From Octopus sinensis (taxonomy: Eukaryota), in the NCBI RefSeq assembly GCF_006345805.1, contig NC_043021.1, positions 7,068,001-7,132,000 of the forward strand: a DNA stretch of 64,000 nt, in the 5' to 3' direction. Positions 1-12,591 of this stretch are shown here, one piece after another. Within the stretch, counting starts at the first letter, position 1. Every line of letters begins with the position of its first letter. The position numbers and the translations under genes were made by a program. The notes beneath the pieces are model-generated. The model worked only from the letters and a program-made list of their open reading frames with translations. It searched no databases and was not told the DNA's origin.

Positions 1-200
1 TGGGGTTAGAGGATGAGGGTAGAGTTTACTTACATTCAACTGGTGTGTCATATGATCACATTTTATTTATTCATCCAAGCATACATTTACGTAATAGCAT
101 AACGCCACACATCGTGCTGTAATAGCCAATAGCCATAGAAAATAGAAAGTTTTTCATATCTAACTGACTTCTTTGAGGAAGCATTCCAAATGATAAGGAG

Positions 201-309
201 CTACTTCTGTACCCCACCTCTGTCGATACTGCCATGCCATGGAGGGAAAGGTGTGAATCTATCAGTTTCCTCTTCGCCTTGTATGAATCTCTGGCAGTCA
301 ATCAATATT
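201..309 (-). CDS. Possible terminal exon of an unidentified antisense gene
   Basis: Reads (R)ILIDCQRFIQGEEETDRFTPFPPWHGSIDRGGVQK*. Acceptor ttcatttctctgaaAG, stop at 203-201, AATAAA about 135 nt downstream (62-67). No homology recognised. Confidence 0.2.
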
Positions 310-467
310 CTTTCAGAGAAATGAAATGAACTAAATAAGTAATAATTGTTATTTAACATCGAAACTAGGCTACTGTTTTTGGAGGGGGGTGGGGTACATT
401 TGATTATAGAGTGACCCCCATCCCTACTATCAACCCTCAGTATGTAAGATTTGAACACTATTGGTGA

Positions 468-785
468 TGATGATGATGATAAAATGTTTGTTTCCCATGC
501 TGGTGTGGGTTGGACAGCTTGATAAGAGCAAGGCCAGGGGCTGTACCAGGTTTCATAGTGTTTTGGCTTGCTTTCTACAGCTAGATGTCCTCCTTTGCTG
601 AGTGTAAAGGGTGCTTTTCACATGGCACCATGACCAGTGCTTTTTTCATGGGACCAGCACCAGTACTTTTTATGTGGAACCCACCAGCATAAGGAATTTT
701 TACATGGAACAAGCACCTGTGCTTTTTACATGGCACTAGCACCAAGGCTTTTTACGTGACACCTTGGTTTTAGGATATCAATTCT
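468..785 (-). mobile_element. Family C retroposon copy ((ATG)n-tailed), degraded, with internal 26-bp minisatellite
   Basis: Matches the family C tail (ttcccatgctggtgtgggttggacag) and has about 6 units like gtgcttttacatggcaccagcac at 610-770. Confidence 0.65.
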
Positions 786-912
786 GTTCTCGTGAGCGTA
801 TATACTTGTGTACAGCAATGCATCACATATCTCAGTCTTTTGTCAATAATAATAATAATGATAATAATAATAATTATAATAATAATAATAATAATAATCA
901 TAATAATTTCTT

Positions 913-2200
913 ACATAGAAACAAAGTCAGAAATTGAGGGAAGAGGAGCAGTTCATTTTATTGACTCTGTTGCTTAACTGGTATTTTATTTGGTTGGTCA
1001 TGGAAAGATGAAAGGCAAAGTTGACCTGGATTGAGCCTGAACCTGGAACTGAAAGGGTTGTGACTAAATAATGCAAGGCATAATAAATGTTGCTCTATTA
1101 ATATTGGCAAGCCACCGTAATTAAAAAAAAAAAGTTCTGAGGTTGCAGCGGATCAAATCTGAGGCCTTTAATAATGGTTTATGCTTACTGGCAACCACCC
1201 TAGTGCTGGTGCTATGATAAGATCCACCTAATCCATGCTGAAAAGTAGTTGGAGAGTAGTAGTAGATAGGGAGAGTATGCAGCTGTAACATCCATGCTAA
1301 AGATGAGCAGTTTGCTCTGTTGTGTTGTACCAAGTGATAATAAACTACACTAGGTAGTGACACAGTGTAACTGATACCAACGTGGTGCAATGGATGTATA
1401 ATGATGACGATGATGTTTATGATGATGATGATGATTCTTAATATAGACACAGGGCCACAAATTGTAGGGATGGGATCATTTGATTATATCTAATCCCTGT
1501 TCTTGACTGGCATTTAATTTATTGACTCACTGGACGACGACTTGTTCAAGGTTGACCCTGGTTACATTTGAGCTCAAAATGTAAAAAGCTAAATCATTAA
1601 CTGCAACAGTTTCTGCATTACTCATTAATCTGCTGCGGTGTTTGTAATTTATGTGCAAAACTGCTATTTATGTATGCAGGGAGTTGTCATTCAATTACAT
1701 TGACCCGCACAAATACTTGGCTGGTACTTTATTTTGTCAACCCTAGAGGAGTGGAAGGTAAAGTTGACCTTGATGGGATTTGATCTCAGAACATAAAGAG
1801 CGGGATCAAATGCTTCAAAGTATTTTGTCTGACATGCTGATCTTGTTAATTGGCCACTATCACTGCTACTACCACATTCGCCCCACCACTGCTATGGCCA
1901 CCAGTTTTTTTTAATTAGTTACAAGGGTGCATATAGTACAAAATATGTTGTACAAAAGAGGTTACAATACCTGCATGTGATTAGCATTGGTTTCAAATTT
2001 CAGCACGAGGCCAGCAATTTTGGGGAAGAGAGTAAGTCAATTACATTGACCCCAGTGCCCAAATATACTTCTTTTTTTAATTGATGCCGAAAGGACAAAA
2101 ATCAAAGTTGGCCTTGGCAGAATCTGAACTCAGAACAGAAAGACGGATGAAATGCTGCCAAGCATTTTCCTCAGCTTGCTAATGATTCTTCTACCTTGCT
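913..2200 (-). mobile_element. Cluster of four degraded family A SINE copies (~913-1085, 1443-1625, 1680-1860, 1988-2200)
   Basis: Each carries variants of attacattgacccc...tggtacttattttattga...gaaaggcaaagttgacct...atttgaactcagaa (reverse complement of the family A body and B box). Confidence 0.75.
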
Positions 2201-2561
2201 GCATTACATGTGGGTTTTAGTAATATCAACGTGCATCACACACACACACAATTTGGAGATGTGTACATTTATATATCTCCAGGTAGTGAAAATATGCTAT
2301 ACAATATATTGAAAGAAATTAAAAGTTTAGCATATTAAAAACAAATTAAGGCAACACCTATCTATAAAGAGGTAAAAAGCTATCTCTTAGGTAGAATCAA
2401 AGCACTGGCTAATCACTGACCACAGACTTTGTCCTTTGAACTTGTCTGTGGCCATCTCTATTTTAATCTAAATTGTGAAGTCTCTGACATTTCTTGGTAA
2501 TGTCCCTTTAGCTGTTAATAAACTGTTAATGTTGATTTCAGCAACTAGCTATCCTCTAGGG

Positions 2562-2876
2562 CAATGGTCCTCAACTGGGGTCCATACAAGGTTTTTGGGG
2601 GTCCGTGTAAATAAAATAGTAAATTGGGTCCACAGTATTATTTTAAGGGTGCATGAAAAATTTGCTATGGATTATATATCTATAAATAGCTAAGTTTCTT
2701 TCTGTAATGTTTTACGTTGTTCAGCCTATACAAGTGAATGTGTGATGAACAAAATAAGTATTTTGAAAGAAATATTTTTAAAACTAGTTTTTAAACATCG
2801 AACAGCTATGGGGGTCTACCAGAATTGAATAGTAATCAAAGTGGTGGCCATAGCTAAAAAAGGTTGAGAACCAATG
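2562..2876. mobile_element. hAT (Charlie-like) MITE
   Basis: Termini caatggtcctcaac...gttgagaaccaatg. 8-bp TSD ctctaggg (2554-2561) / ctctgggg (2877-2884). Confidence 0.8.
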
Positions 2877-3644
2877 CTCTGGGGGTATCTCAGCATTCTT
2901 TCTCCCCACCATTTTTTCTGCAAAAGTGTGCATTTTTGTTTTGCTCTCTCATTGTTTCTAGTAACTGTCCTTTTGGATTACCATGGAATTCAGGCATTCC
3001 AAGAGGGTGTACCTTTATACAGGACTTGTTTTATTTCTGTCCCTTTTTTTAATGTCTCATTCTCACCTTCCTCCAGTCTTCACCTTTCCCGCTTGTCACC
3101 AGACAGTGGAGTATAACTATAGAACTGCTACATAAAGCTTGATGCTTTGCCTCATTGGCTCCTTAGTGCCAGTGGCACTGAACATCAGGTAATTCTATTT
3201 GTGCCCTCTCCAACTATGCTCGGAGCTGTCAATGCTTGTGCTCTGGAAACAGTAATAATAGTAGTTACAGCTATGGACTACACTGTGTAGGCCTACTGTT
3301 GCTATATCTGTACTTACCTCCCTCATTTTTTTTGTTTCTCTTCTTACTTTCCAAACTTTGGGCAGAAGGCCTTCAAATGACTTTTACTCTGAAACATGTT
3401 TCCACTCTGCAACACTGCCAGCTTGATTTACATCATCTCCATTCCATCTGTAGGGTATAGCTCTGAGGTACCCTCGTGATCTTTAGAGATCATCAGGACC
3501 TACAGGACCTAGATATTCCTGGTTTTGAATTGTATTTTACTATTATCCTGTCAACTTAGGCAGCATTTTAACCCAAGAGAATTGAAACTTTAAAAATATT
3601 TCAACTGAAGAAAAAGTAATTTAATAACTATCATAATGATAATT

Positions 3645-4125
3645 GTTTCAAATTTTGGCACCAGTCCATCAAACTTAGGACAAATGAATTAGTTGATTAC
3701 ATTGAGCCCAGTACTTGACTAGCAGTTTATTTTATTGACCCCAAAAGTATGAAAGACAAAGTTTCCCATGGCAGGATTTGAACTCAGAATGTAAAGAGCC
3801 AGAAGGAACACTTGTTAAACATTTTGTTCAATCCTCAAGTCTGCCAATTGGCAAGAAGTGGCAACTTGCATTGGTGGTGGTGGTGCTAGTGATGATTGGA
3901 GAGAGGTATTGGTGAGGAATGGTGCATGGTGATAGTAATGATAACAATACTAATAATACTTTCTAACATATTCACAAAGCCACAAATTTCTAAAGAGAGG
4001 TTAGTCAAATCAACTCTGCTACTTGATTGGTACTTTATTTTGTTAACGTCAGAAGGATGAGAGAGAAAGTTGACCTTTGTAGGATTTGAACTCAGAATGT
4101 ATACTGCCAGAAAAAATACCTCAGG
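3645..4125 (-). mobile_element. Two degraded family A SINE copies (~3645-3850, 3960-4125)
   Basis: gtttcaaattttggcac...gattacattgagcccag...ggatttgaactcagaatgta motifs. Confidence 0.75.
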
Positions 4126-4355
4126 TGTAAACTAAACTAAACAGTGAAAGAAATGATTAATTTTGGCGCTTTACCATTTCTACTTCTTCATCGTTGTTAA
4201 TACTGTGTTCTTGCATTTAATTATGATCTGCATTGGAGAACTAAGCTACGCCCTTCCCTCTGTTTTTGCTAGCATGGCTGTTTACTTTAGACATGAAGTA
4301 AAGAAGAAAAAAAGCATACTGACATACATATATGTGTACTCCTATATCTACTTAC

Positions 4356-4397
4356 CTTTCCAGACAAGCTAAGTGAAAAAGCTGGAAGATACGGAAT
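4356..4397 (-). CDS. Possible 42-nt internal exon, phase-compatible with 201-309
   Basis: ttatattctattccaatctctaAG|...GGAAAG|GTAAGT. Reads FRIFQLFHLACLE(R) in phase 2-2. Confidence 0.2.
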
Positions 4398-4819
4398 CTT
4401 AGAGATTGGAATAGAATATAATCTAATATATACAGTGAAGTAGAGTATCAGTGACTAGATTTTGGGAAGGGGAGCAGAGGTGAGGGAACCTTCTTCTTAT
4501 GCTGGAAGACCACAGTGAAATTTACTGCCATCTGATATGGCCACATGGTCATTCTGCTTCTTTCAAACATTGTACTTCTTTCAGAAGGATGTACTTAGCC
4601 CTTCAGAGGGCCACTGGTTCCCCTCCTCTGAAGTAGAGCATCGGTGGCCTGATACATTGAAGAAGAGTATCAATGATTAGATGTTTGGGATTAGAGTATC
4701 AGCGATCACAGTTAATTATGGACAGTATCAGTAACTAGTTACATTGAATGTCAATAACCAGGGTGAAGAGGCAAGGAGGTATTGATATCTAATACCTATA
4801 TATGCTAAATACCATATGT

Positions 4820-4985
4820 CAAAGATGTTCCAGATGTGATGACTGCCATTTCTGTTTTTCAGGCATAGTGTACCTTGGTTCTCTTGATTTAATGTTCTTT
4901 TTTCTTAAAAAAGAAGAATGGTAGTGTGTGATTTGAGGGGTATTTAGCTGGTGTTTCTAGAAGGTTTTAACAACCACTGTTGGCA
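4820..4985. repeat. Family F old dispersed repeat (further copies ~11170-11345, 12050-12260, 17600-17760, 21655-21850, 21985-22130, 23195-23355, 43060-43370, 52865-52960)
   Basis: Recurrent core gatttggctgctatttctagcaggtc or its reverse complement in at least 9 places. Confidence 0.6.
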
Positions 4986-5068
4986 CCTACAAAACTGATG
5001 CAATATGTGTGTATGTAAGACACTATATCAGATCCTTTTAAGGATTTCTGTTTTGTTGTGGCTTCATA

Positions 5069-5275
5069 GTGAAGACTTAGGCTGGAAAGTAGAACATATT
5101 CTAATCAAAGTTGGATATAAGATTCATTGGACACAGTGTGAGGCAATTGTTGTTGCTAGGCCTAACTCTTTGTAAAGCAAATACTGTCATGAGTGACATC
5201 TAGACTACAGTGGAGAAGGCAAGCCACTGGATTTGGCTAAAAAGTGATAATGAGCAATGGCTAGAAGGATATTGA
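5069..5275 (+). mobile_element. 3' remnant of an RLE-type LINE (HERO/NeSL-like)
   Basis: Frameshifted peptide EDLGWKVEHILIKVGY/RFIGHSVRQLLLLG...TTVEKASHWIWLKSDNEQW resembles the HERO-clade C-terminus (GW...PIEVG.RGF...AE.AS.WLW.KR). Confidence 0.65.
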
Positions 5276-6362
5276 GTGAAACCTAGTAACCAGTTGATCT
5301 AACAAGTGGGGTGCACAATGATGCCATTGAGAGGAAATCCCCAAAATGGCATACAGTCTCTCCTGATGACCCAAACAGCTTGCTAGCATTCAGTATGCAG
5401 GGCTTTCAACTAGTAGCACCTGCATCTGCAAGTTGTTTGCAAAAAGTTTTAAGTAGACGAGCTAGCTAGTATCCCTTTGTCTGGATTGATAGTTTGTCAC
5501 AGGAAATATTCCTTAGATAATCTGGTGGTATTCTTGTGATTTAGTAACTAAGGTAATGTAAAATAGTAATGGCATGATAAAATACATCGAGTCCATGCTG
5601 ATGTTAAATGTAACAGTAGAAATTTAATAAAGAGTAGAGGGAGAGAGTGAAAGAGAGTGTGTGTGTGTGTGTGTGTGTGTGTGATTACTCGAATCATTCC
5701 ATAGACAGCTCCTATAGTGTCAGTGAGATGATGATAAATTTCACTCAGTTTTCGCTAAAAAAAGGAGTTGGTGATAGCAAGGACATCTAGCTGTAAAAAT
5801 TAAGCCTTGCAAAAGAAAAAAAAATGGAAGTACAAGTGGAGAAAAGGGAAACTTAGTTGGCTACAGCAATTGCAACCTAAGAGAACTCTGAAAAAAAAAA
5901 AAAAAATGGTACAGAGTGGAGGGGATGAATTCTCTCTAGTCCTACCATTGATAATCTCTCTAGTGTCAGTGACACAATTGACTGAGCATGATAAAATATA
6001 ACTAGCATATGCTGTAAAGTGGTTGATGATAGGAAAGGCATCCAAATGTAAAATCCTTGTTTCCTTCTAATGTCCAAAGAAAAAAAAAAAAGGGCATCTA
6101 CAGCGAAGATTATAAGCTTTTTTTTTTTTCTTTGTTGCTGTGTGTGTCACATGATGAAAGAAGACATTATAAAACCTATCTAATATTTGCCAGCATCGAA
6201 AAATGGATGTATGATGCTGGTAACTTAGCCAGAGATATGAAATTGCTTGCAATGGATTTGAAACTCTGATCTGTTAGCAAGTTTGTCCATTTACCTGATC
6301 CATGTGTGCTGTATTTGACCCTGGCTTATAAAGTGTTATTGCCGGCCCAAGATCTTCTATTT

Positions 6363-6364
<2 letters not shown>

Positions 6365-6442
<78 letters not shown>
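6365..6442. repeat. (CT)n microsatellite
   Basis: Uninterrupted ct repeat of about 39 units. Confidence 0.95.
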
Positions 6443-6446
<4 letters not shown>

Positions 6447-7012
6447 CTTGTTCTCCCTCCCTCTGTTCGTCCTCCGATATACAAGTGACAACTGTACTGC
6501 TGACTCATTGCATTGCATGTAATGAGAGAGAGGTGTGGAGAGAGAGAGAGCATGAGAGAGGTGTGAGAGCTGCCTACATAGTAAATTACACAGTATTTTC
6601 ACATTCATTCACTCCTCCTACAAACAACAATAATGTAGCTGCACCTTGCATTGTCATGTCACAGCCATTCTGCATCATCATCATCATCACTATCCTCATT
6701 GTCATCATAGTGGATGAGGGGGAATTACTGAAGCTGGTGTGTGAGTGCGTGTTGCGATGGTGATGATGTATTTGAATGTAAAATTTCCCTTCCTGTAGAT
6801 CACAAGCCAGTTTATTTTTCTTAGAAAAGTCCTTTCTCTATAAAACCTCTTTACAACAGATGGAACGCTGAACAAATGGTTCTGTATTTTGAAAAGTGGA
6901 AAATTAGTAACTTGTCTCTTACACTCTATCCTTTTCTCTATTCTGTCTTCTTTCTCTCTCTCTCTTTCTCCCTCTCCCCCCTTCCTTCTGTGAATGTGTG
7001 CGTGTGTGCACA

Positions 7013-7013
<1 letters not shown>

Positions 7014-7066
<53 letters not shown>

Positions 7067-7088
7067 TGTGCACATATATATATATATA

Positions 7089-7120
<32 letters not shown>
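7014..7120. repeat. (TA)n microsatellite
   Basis: Direct reading. Confidence 0.95.
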
Positions 7121-7121
<1 letters not shown>

Positions 7122-7416
7122 TACTATTTTTATCCAAAGACTAAGAAAAGTCTCACACAATAGAGAAACTCATCACACTAAAATGTAGGGTAATATTTTT
7201 ATTTTGCCCCTGGGAGAAGCATATGATTTGAAATATTGGTGTTTGCTGCTGGACATTCTTCATCATCACCATCACACCCATTCTCTCTCTCTCTCTCTCA
7301 TCATTATCATTTAACGTCTGTTTTCCATGCTGGGATGGGTTGGACGGCTCGACAGGAACTGGCAAGGTTGGCATCTGCACCAAGTTCCATAATTTGTTTT
7401 GGCTTGGCTTCTATGG

Positions 7417-7465
<49 letters not shown>

Positions 7466-8261
7466 CATATATATACATATAATTTTTTTTATTAATATTT
7501 ATCAGAAGCAACAGTGACTCAAGTCAAACCGTCCAACTCATGCCAGCATGGAAAGCAGATGTTAAATTATGATAATGTAATAATAGAATATACACATATT
7601 TTGAGTGTTCAGTTTTTTCCTGTTGCATTACCATACCTGTATATATATATACATATAAAAACACACACACACACACACACACACAACCATAGCTTACTAT
7701 TTACTTTATTTTTCTCTCTTACACATCTCTTTCTCTCTCCATCTATATTTCCTTCCTCTTCTTTTTTTTTTTTTTTTTTACCTCTTTTTCTTTTTGCGAA
7801 ATGAATGCAGAAGCTTGGCTATGTTTAGTTGCTTTCTTGACCGATTTTCTTCCTTTTACATCACCACCACCACCACCACCATCACCAAACCCACCATCAT
7901 CCTTGTCACTTCTTGATGAGATAACAACTCTGACTGGCTGCGTTTAGCTGTTACTCCCAATGGATTCTTGTATAAATTACGATTTGTTTTGTTTAGAACA
8001 TTTTTCTCCTTCTCCTGAAACTAATGAGTTCACACTTTACTCAGCAGTGTGCCTCAGGTTAACCCAACTGTGTGCCACCATGGGATTAATACAGTAATGT
8101 GCCACGAGTTAGGCAGGTATGAATATTGCAGAATTAAAATAGATAACCTATTTATTTAAATGCGTAAGGGAAGAAGTTAATGTGTAAAAATGTGTTTATG
8201 ATTATTAATAGCTGATATATATCTACATATTTAACTATCATGTGTATAAGTAAATATTCAC

Positions 8262-8276
8262 ATGCATATGTGTCTA

Positions 8277-8355
<79 letters not shown>

Positions 8356-8747
8356 ATGTATATATATGTGTGTATATATATGTGTGTGTGTGTATGTATA
8401 TATATGTGTGTATGTATATATATGTGTGTATGTATATATATGTGTGTATGTATATATATGTGTGTATGTATATATATGTGTGTATGTATATATATGTGTG
8501 TATGTATATATATGTGTGTATGTATATATATGTGTGTATATATATATATGTATGTATGTATATATATGTGTGTATATATATGTGTGTATGTATATATAGT
8601 GTGTATATATATATATGTATGTATGTATATATATGTGTGTATATATATATATATGTATGTATGTATGTATATGTATGTATGTATGTATATATATGTATAT
8701 GTATATATATGTATGTATATATATATGTGTATGTATATATATATATG

Positions 8748-8779
<32 letters not shown>

Positions 8780-9160
8780 TATTGTATGTATGTATATATA
8801 TATATGTATGTATGTATTATATATATGTATGTATATATAGTATGTATGTATGTATGTTGTATGTATATATATATGTATGTATGTATATATATATGTATGT
8901 ATATATATATGTATGTATGTATATATATATATATGTATGTATGTATGTAGTATATATGTATGTATATATATATGTATGTTGTATGTATGTATGTATATTA
9001 TATATGTATGTATGATATATGTATGTATGTATGTATATATATATATGTGTATGTATGTATATATGTACGTATGTATATATATATATATATATATATTCAC
9101 ATATTTATGTGTGTGTGTAATATTTATATATATTCATGTATATATGTGTGTGTATGTAAC
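8262..9160. repeat. Compound TA/TG/TATG microsatellite with 18-bp higher-order unit
   Basis: About 900 bp of mostly alternating purine-pyrimidine sequence. The unit tatatatatgtgtgtatg is repeated at ~8385-8535. Confidence 0.95.
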
Positions 9161-9661
9161 TATTTATATTCATTCAGATATATATTTAACTATATATATT
9201 CACATCTGTGTATAAACAAATGTTAAGAGGAAAGTAAATATGAAACCACCAAAATACTCTAAATTTCTGAAGATTTATTCCATTTTTTTAAAAATTTAAT
9301 TTCTAGTTGCTCTGAAAAATGTCATTTTAAACCACTTTATAGTGTAAATGTCCTCAGGAAAGAGACGGGGGAGAGACAGACCATGTATTTGTATGTGTGT
9401 GTGTGTGAAAGAGAGAGAGAGAGAGAAAGGAGGTGTGGATTTAGGATGTCTTCTATATGTAGTAATGAGGGAAATTAGGAGTTTAATGAATTTATGTTGT
9501 AGTTGTGGTTGTTAACTTCTAAGGAGTAGAAAGTGTGATTCCACATTTCTTCAATTGCTTTCCAGCCCACTTCCATTTATTGATATTCCTGGGGATAGAA
9601 ACATGATTCTCAAACAACTCCCTTTATCCCCACTTGTGAAAGAGATACTTTAATAATAATA

Positions 9662-10285
9662 ATTTCAAATTTTGCCACAAGGGCAGCCATTTTGGGGGAG
9701 GGGATGTGTCAATTACATCGACCACCAGTGCTTCACTGGCACTGAATTTATTGGCCTGAAAAGGGTGACAGGCAAAGTTGACCTCAGCAGAATTTGAACT
9801 CAGAACATAGTGGTAGACGAAATACTGCTAAACATTTTGCCCGGTGTGCTAACGATTCTGCCTGCTCACCATCTTAAATAATAATGATAATCATCCTTTC
9901 TACTAAAGGCACACGGCCTGAAATTTGGGGAGAAGGTGTAAGTCGATTACATTGACCCCCACCACCAATACTCAACTGGTACTTAATTTCATCATCCCCC
10001 AAAAAATGAAACGTAAAGTTGACCTTGGCTGAATTTGAACTCAGAACATAAAAGACAGATGATTCCGCCAGCTCGCCACTAATAATGGTTTCAAATTTTG
10101 GCACAAGGCCAGTAATTTGTGGGGAGGAGGTAAGTCATTTACATTGACCCCAGAACTCAACTGGTACTTAACCCGTAAAGGATGAAAGGCAAGGTCAACC
10201 TTGGTGGAATTTGAACTTAGAATGTGAAGATGGTCGAAATGCCACTAAGCATTTTGTCCAATGTGCTAACAATTCTGCCAGCTCA
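9662..10285 (-). mobile_element. Head-to-tail array of three family A SINEs (~9662-9873, 9895-10080, 10088-10285)
   Basis: Three co-oriented copies separated only by (taa)/(tga)-type spacers. Each ends (plus strand) in ...gattctgccagctc. Confidence 0.9.
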
Positions 10286-10475
10286 TCATCATCATCATCA
10301 TCGTTTAACGTCCGTTCTCCATGCTAGCATGGGTTGGACGGTTCGACCAGGGTTCTGGGAAGCCAGAAGGCTGTACCAGGCTCCAGTCTAATCTGGCAAT
10401 GTTTCTACAGCTGGATGCCCTTCCTAACGCCAACCACTCCGTGAGTGTAGTGGGTGCTTTTTACGTGCCACCTGC
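10284..10475 (-). mobile_element. Family C retroposon copy
   Basis: catcatcatcgtttaacgtccgttctccatgctagcatgggttggacgg...ggtgctttttacgtgccacc. Confidence 0.9.
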
Positions 10476-12591
10476 ACAGTACCTTAATAATAATAATAAT
10501 AATAATAATGATGATGATAATAAGGAGGTGCAGAGAGATACAGAAATATACAAAGAAATATTACAAAGATAGATTGGGATGGATGGGTCATACAAAGATG
10601 AGTGGCATGAAAGACTTAGTAATTGGATGAAATAAAAATTTATGGAAGACAAATATTTACTGGGAACAAATGAAAATACAATAAAGTAGAATAATTAAAA
10701 CAAGATGTCTATTTAAAAATTAAATAGCCACTTGCATTGATTAACTTCACCTTCTACTCCACTTTTGTCATGGTTGGAGATATAAAAATCTTATGTGAAG
10801 GGCTCTTGAGTTATAATGGGCAACTGAAGGACCATGTCTCCTGAATTTTTGAAGTATAACATATTGTAAAATATATATTGTTATGTCTACACTGACCACC
10901 AACCTATATTGTGTTGTGAAAGTGACTTCTAGTTAAGGATTGGTATTGTTACCAGTGTCTTTGGTGGTGGCCTTTGTGTTCCTCCCTATTAAATACTGTA
11001 GTGCCAGTTTATGGACATGTGTTCCATGTACAATTCAAGCTTGTACTTTTGCCCTGTCCTCTGTTTTAAATATGCATAAATGATGCCATATGCTCACCCT
11101 CTTGCAATGGGGATGTTATTTAAAATATCTGCCGAGATTGTCCCTAACTTATGCTTTGATGGAAGAAAATGTCCTGTGGCCTTGGCAAACAAGACTTGTG
11201 ATCAAAACGTTCTGTCTTTTTTGTATATCTAGGACTACATTGTTCAATGTGTTCTCTCTTTTTTAAAGATAGTAATGTTTGATTTAAGGGATTTAGCTGC
11301 TATTTCTAGCAGGTCAAGTAACAAAGTAGCTCTTGAAATTTGTTGGCATAGTGCCATTATGACCACCACTCCTACTATTTCTGCTGCTACTTTACCAGTA
11401 ATACTCTTGACTGATAGATAGAGGTGGTGTGGTGGAGGGTAGATTCAACAGAGCATCAGACAAAATGTTGTATGGCATTTGGTTACATCCTTTTACATTG
11501 TAAGTTCAAATCTCTCTGAAATCCATTTTGACTTGTCATCCTTCCAGGGTCAGTAAAATATGTACAAGTTTATAAATTTTGTGTTGGTAAGTAGTTACTG
11601 TTATCAACTGTAAGCCCTTTAAGATGATGCTCTAGCATGGCCACAGTCCATTGACTGAAATCCTTGAAAGAGTAAGTGAAGCAATGTAGATTCTACTGAG
11701 AATTGAAATGACAATATGGATTTTACTCCACAAGGGTTTATACTTGTCCAGTGGTACTTAGTGCAACATTAAAATACAAATTGATACATATTTAAGTTGA
11801 AACTCCCTATTGATGTGTATATGACCTCTTGTTGAGTCGGTAATTATATTTTCAGGCAGTCTATCTTTTGCCCGGAGATATTAATTTCTATATTCTTTGA
11901 ATATGTAATTATTTCAGCCTACCAATTTATATTCTAATTAATACCCAGAGGTGAGGCACTGGGTGGCTTGAAAATTCTTTAGTTTCTTTTTACTAAGTAA
12001 AGTGAAACACTTTTAGACACAACCTTCTTGAAGTCAGTAAGGAGCCTGTACCTCATCACTGTTTACTAGAAATAGCAAGCAAGTCTTCATGATCCAAACC
12101 CTAAAAAAAACCCCAAAAAAAGACAGGTGAGCAGTGGGGGTGGGTCACATTGGATAATCTTGTCCTTAAAACTAAAACTAGAAGTGTCAAAGCTGAACAA
12201 CTTTTGATCATAAATTTACTGGATCAAGAGCTGACCTGGGGCCTAAGCAATAACATCAATGTAGTATGGAGAAGAAATGGGTTGATCAAGGCTTGAATGG
12301 ATGGCATTGACCCTTGGTTTGTTGAGCCAGAGTTAACCTGTAGCTACACAACAACAATAACCACCACTTAAGGATGTTAATAGTTTATTGGTAATGTCAG
12401 AAGTGATTTTATTCCTAATGTTAGTTAGATTGAGTTTCTTCAATCAGCACAGATGTTCCTCCAATAGTCTGTCCCCCATTGTTGATTTCTAATCTGGAAC
12501 TGATAGGCACTGTTGATCACTAGTCTGTCAACATGTAACCAGTCAATCTCTGCTCCTGTGGGCCATGCGTTTGTCCCCAGAGTAAAGGATA

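Noticed and set aside
6150-6269. C/D-box snoRNA (ATGATGA...CTGA)
   Set aside because: No terminal stem and no recognisable rRNA-complementary guide; ATGATGA is very common in this DNA.
6640-6740. Acidic peptide ending DDDDDAEWL* on the minus strand (WASP/WAVE-like tail)
   Set aside because: It derives from an (ATG)n microsatellite and has an in-frame stop a few codons upstream.
8045-8116. 72-nt plus-strand exon-like segment (CAG|GTATGA donor)
   Set aside because: In-frame TAA in phase 0 and a weak acceptor; could only be a poison exon, with no support.
8240-9226. Long ORFs of 88-280 aa (YI/CV/HT-rich)
   Set aside because: Translations of TA/TG microsatellite; the same applies to most ORF-track entries over (CT)n, (GA)n, (CA)n and (TAA)n.
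11918-11950. 33-nt exon-like segment (GAG|GTGAGG donor)
   Set aside because: Poor pyrimidine tract and in-frame TAA in phase 0.
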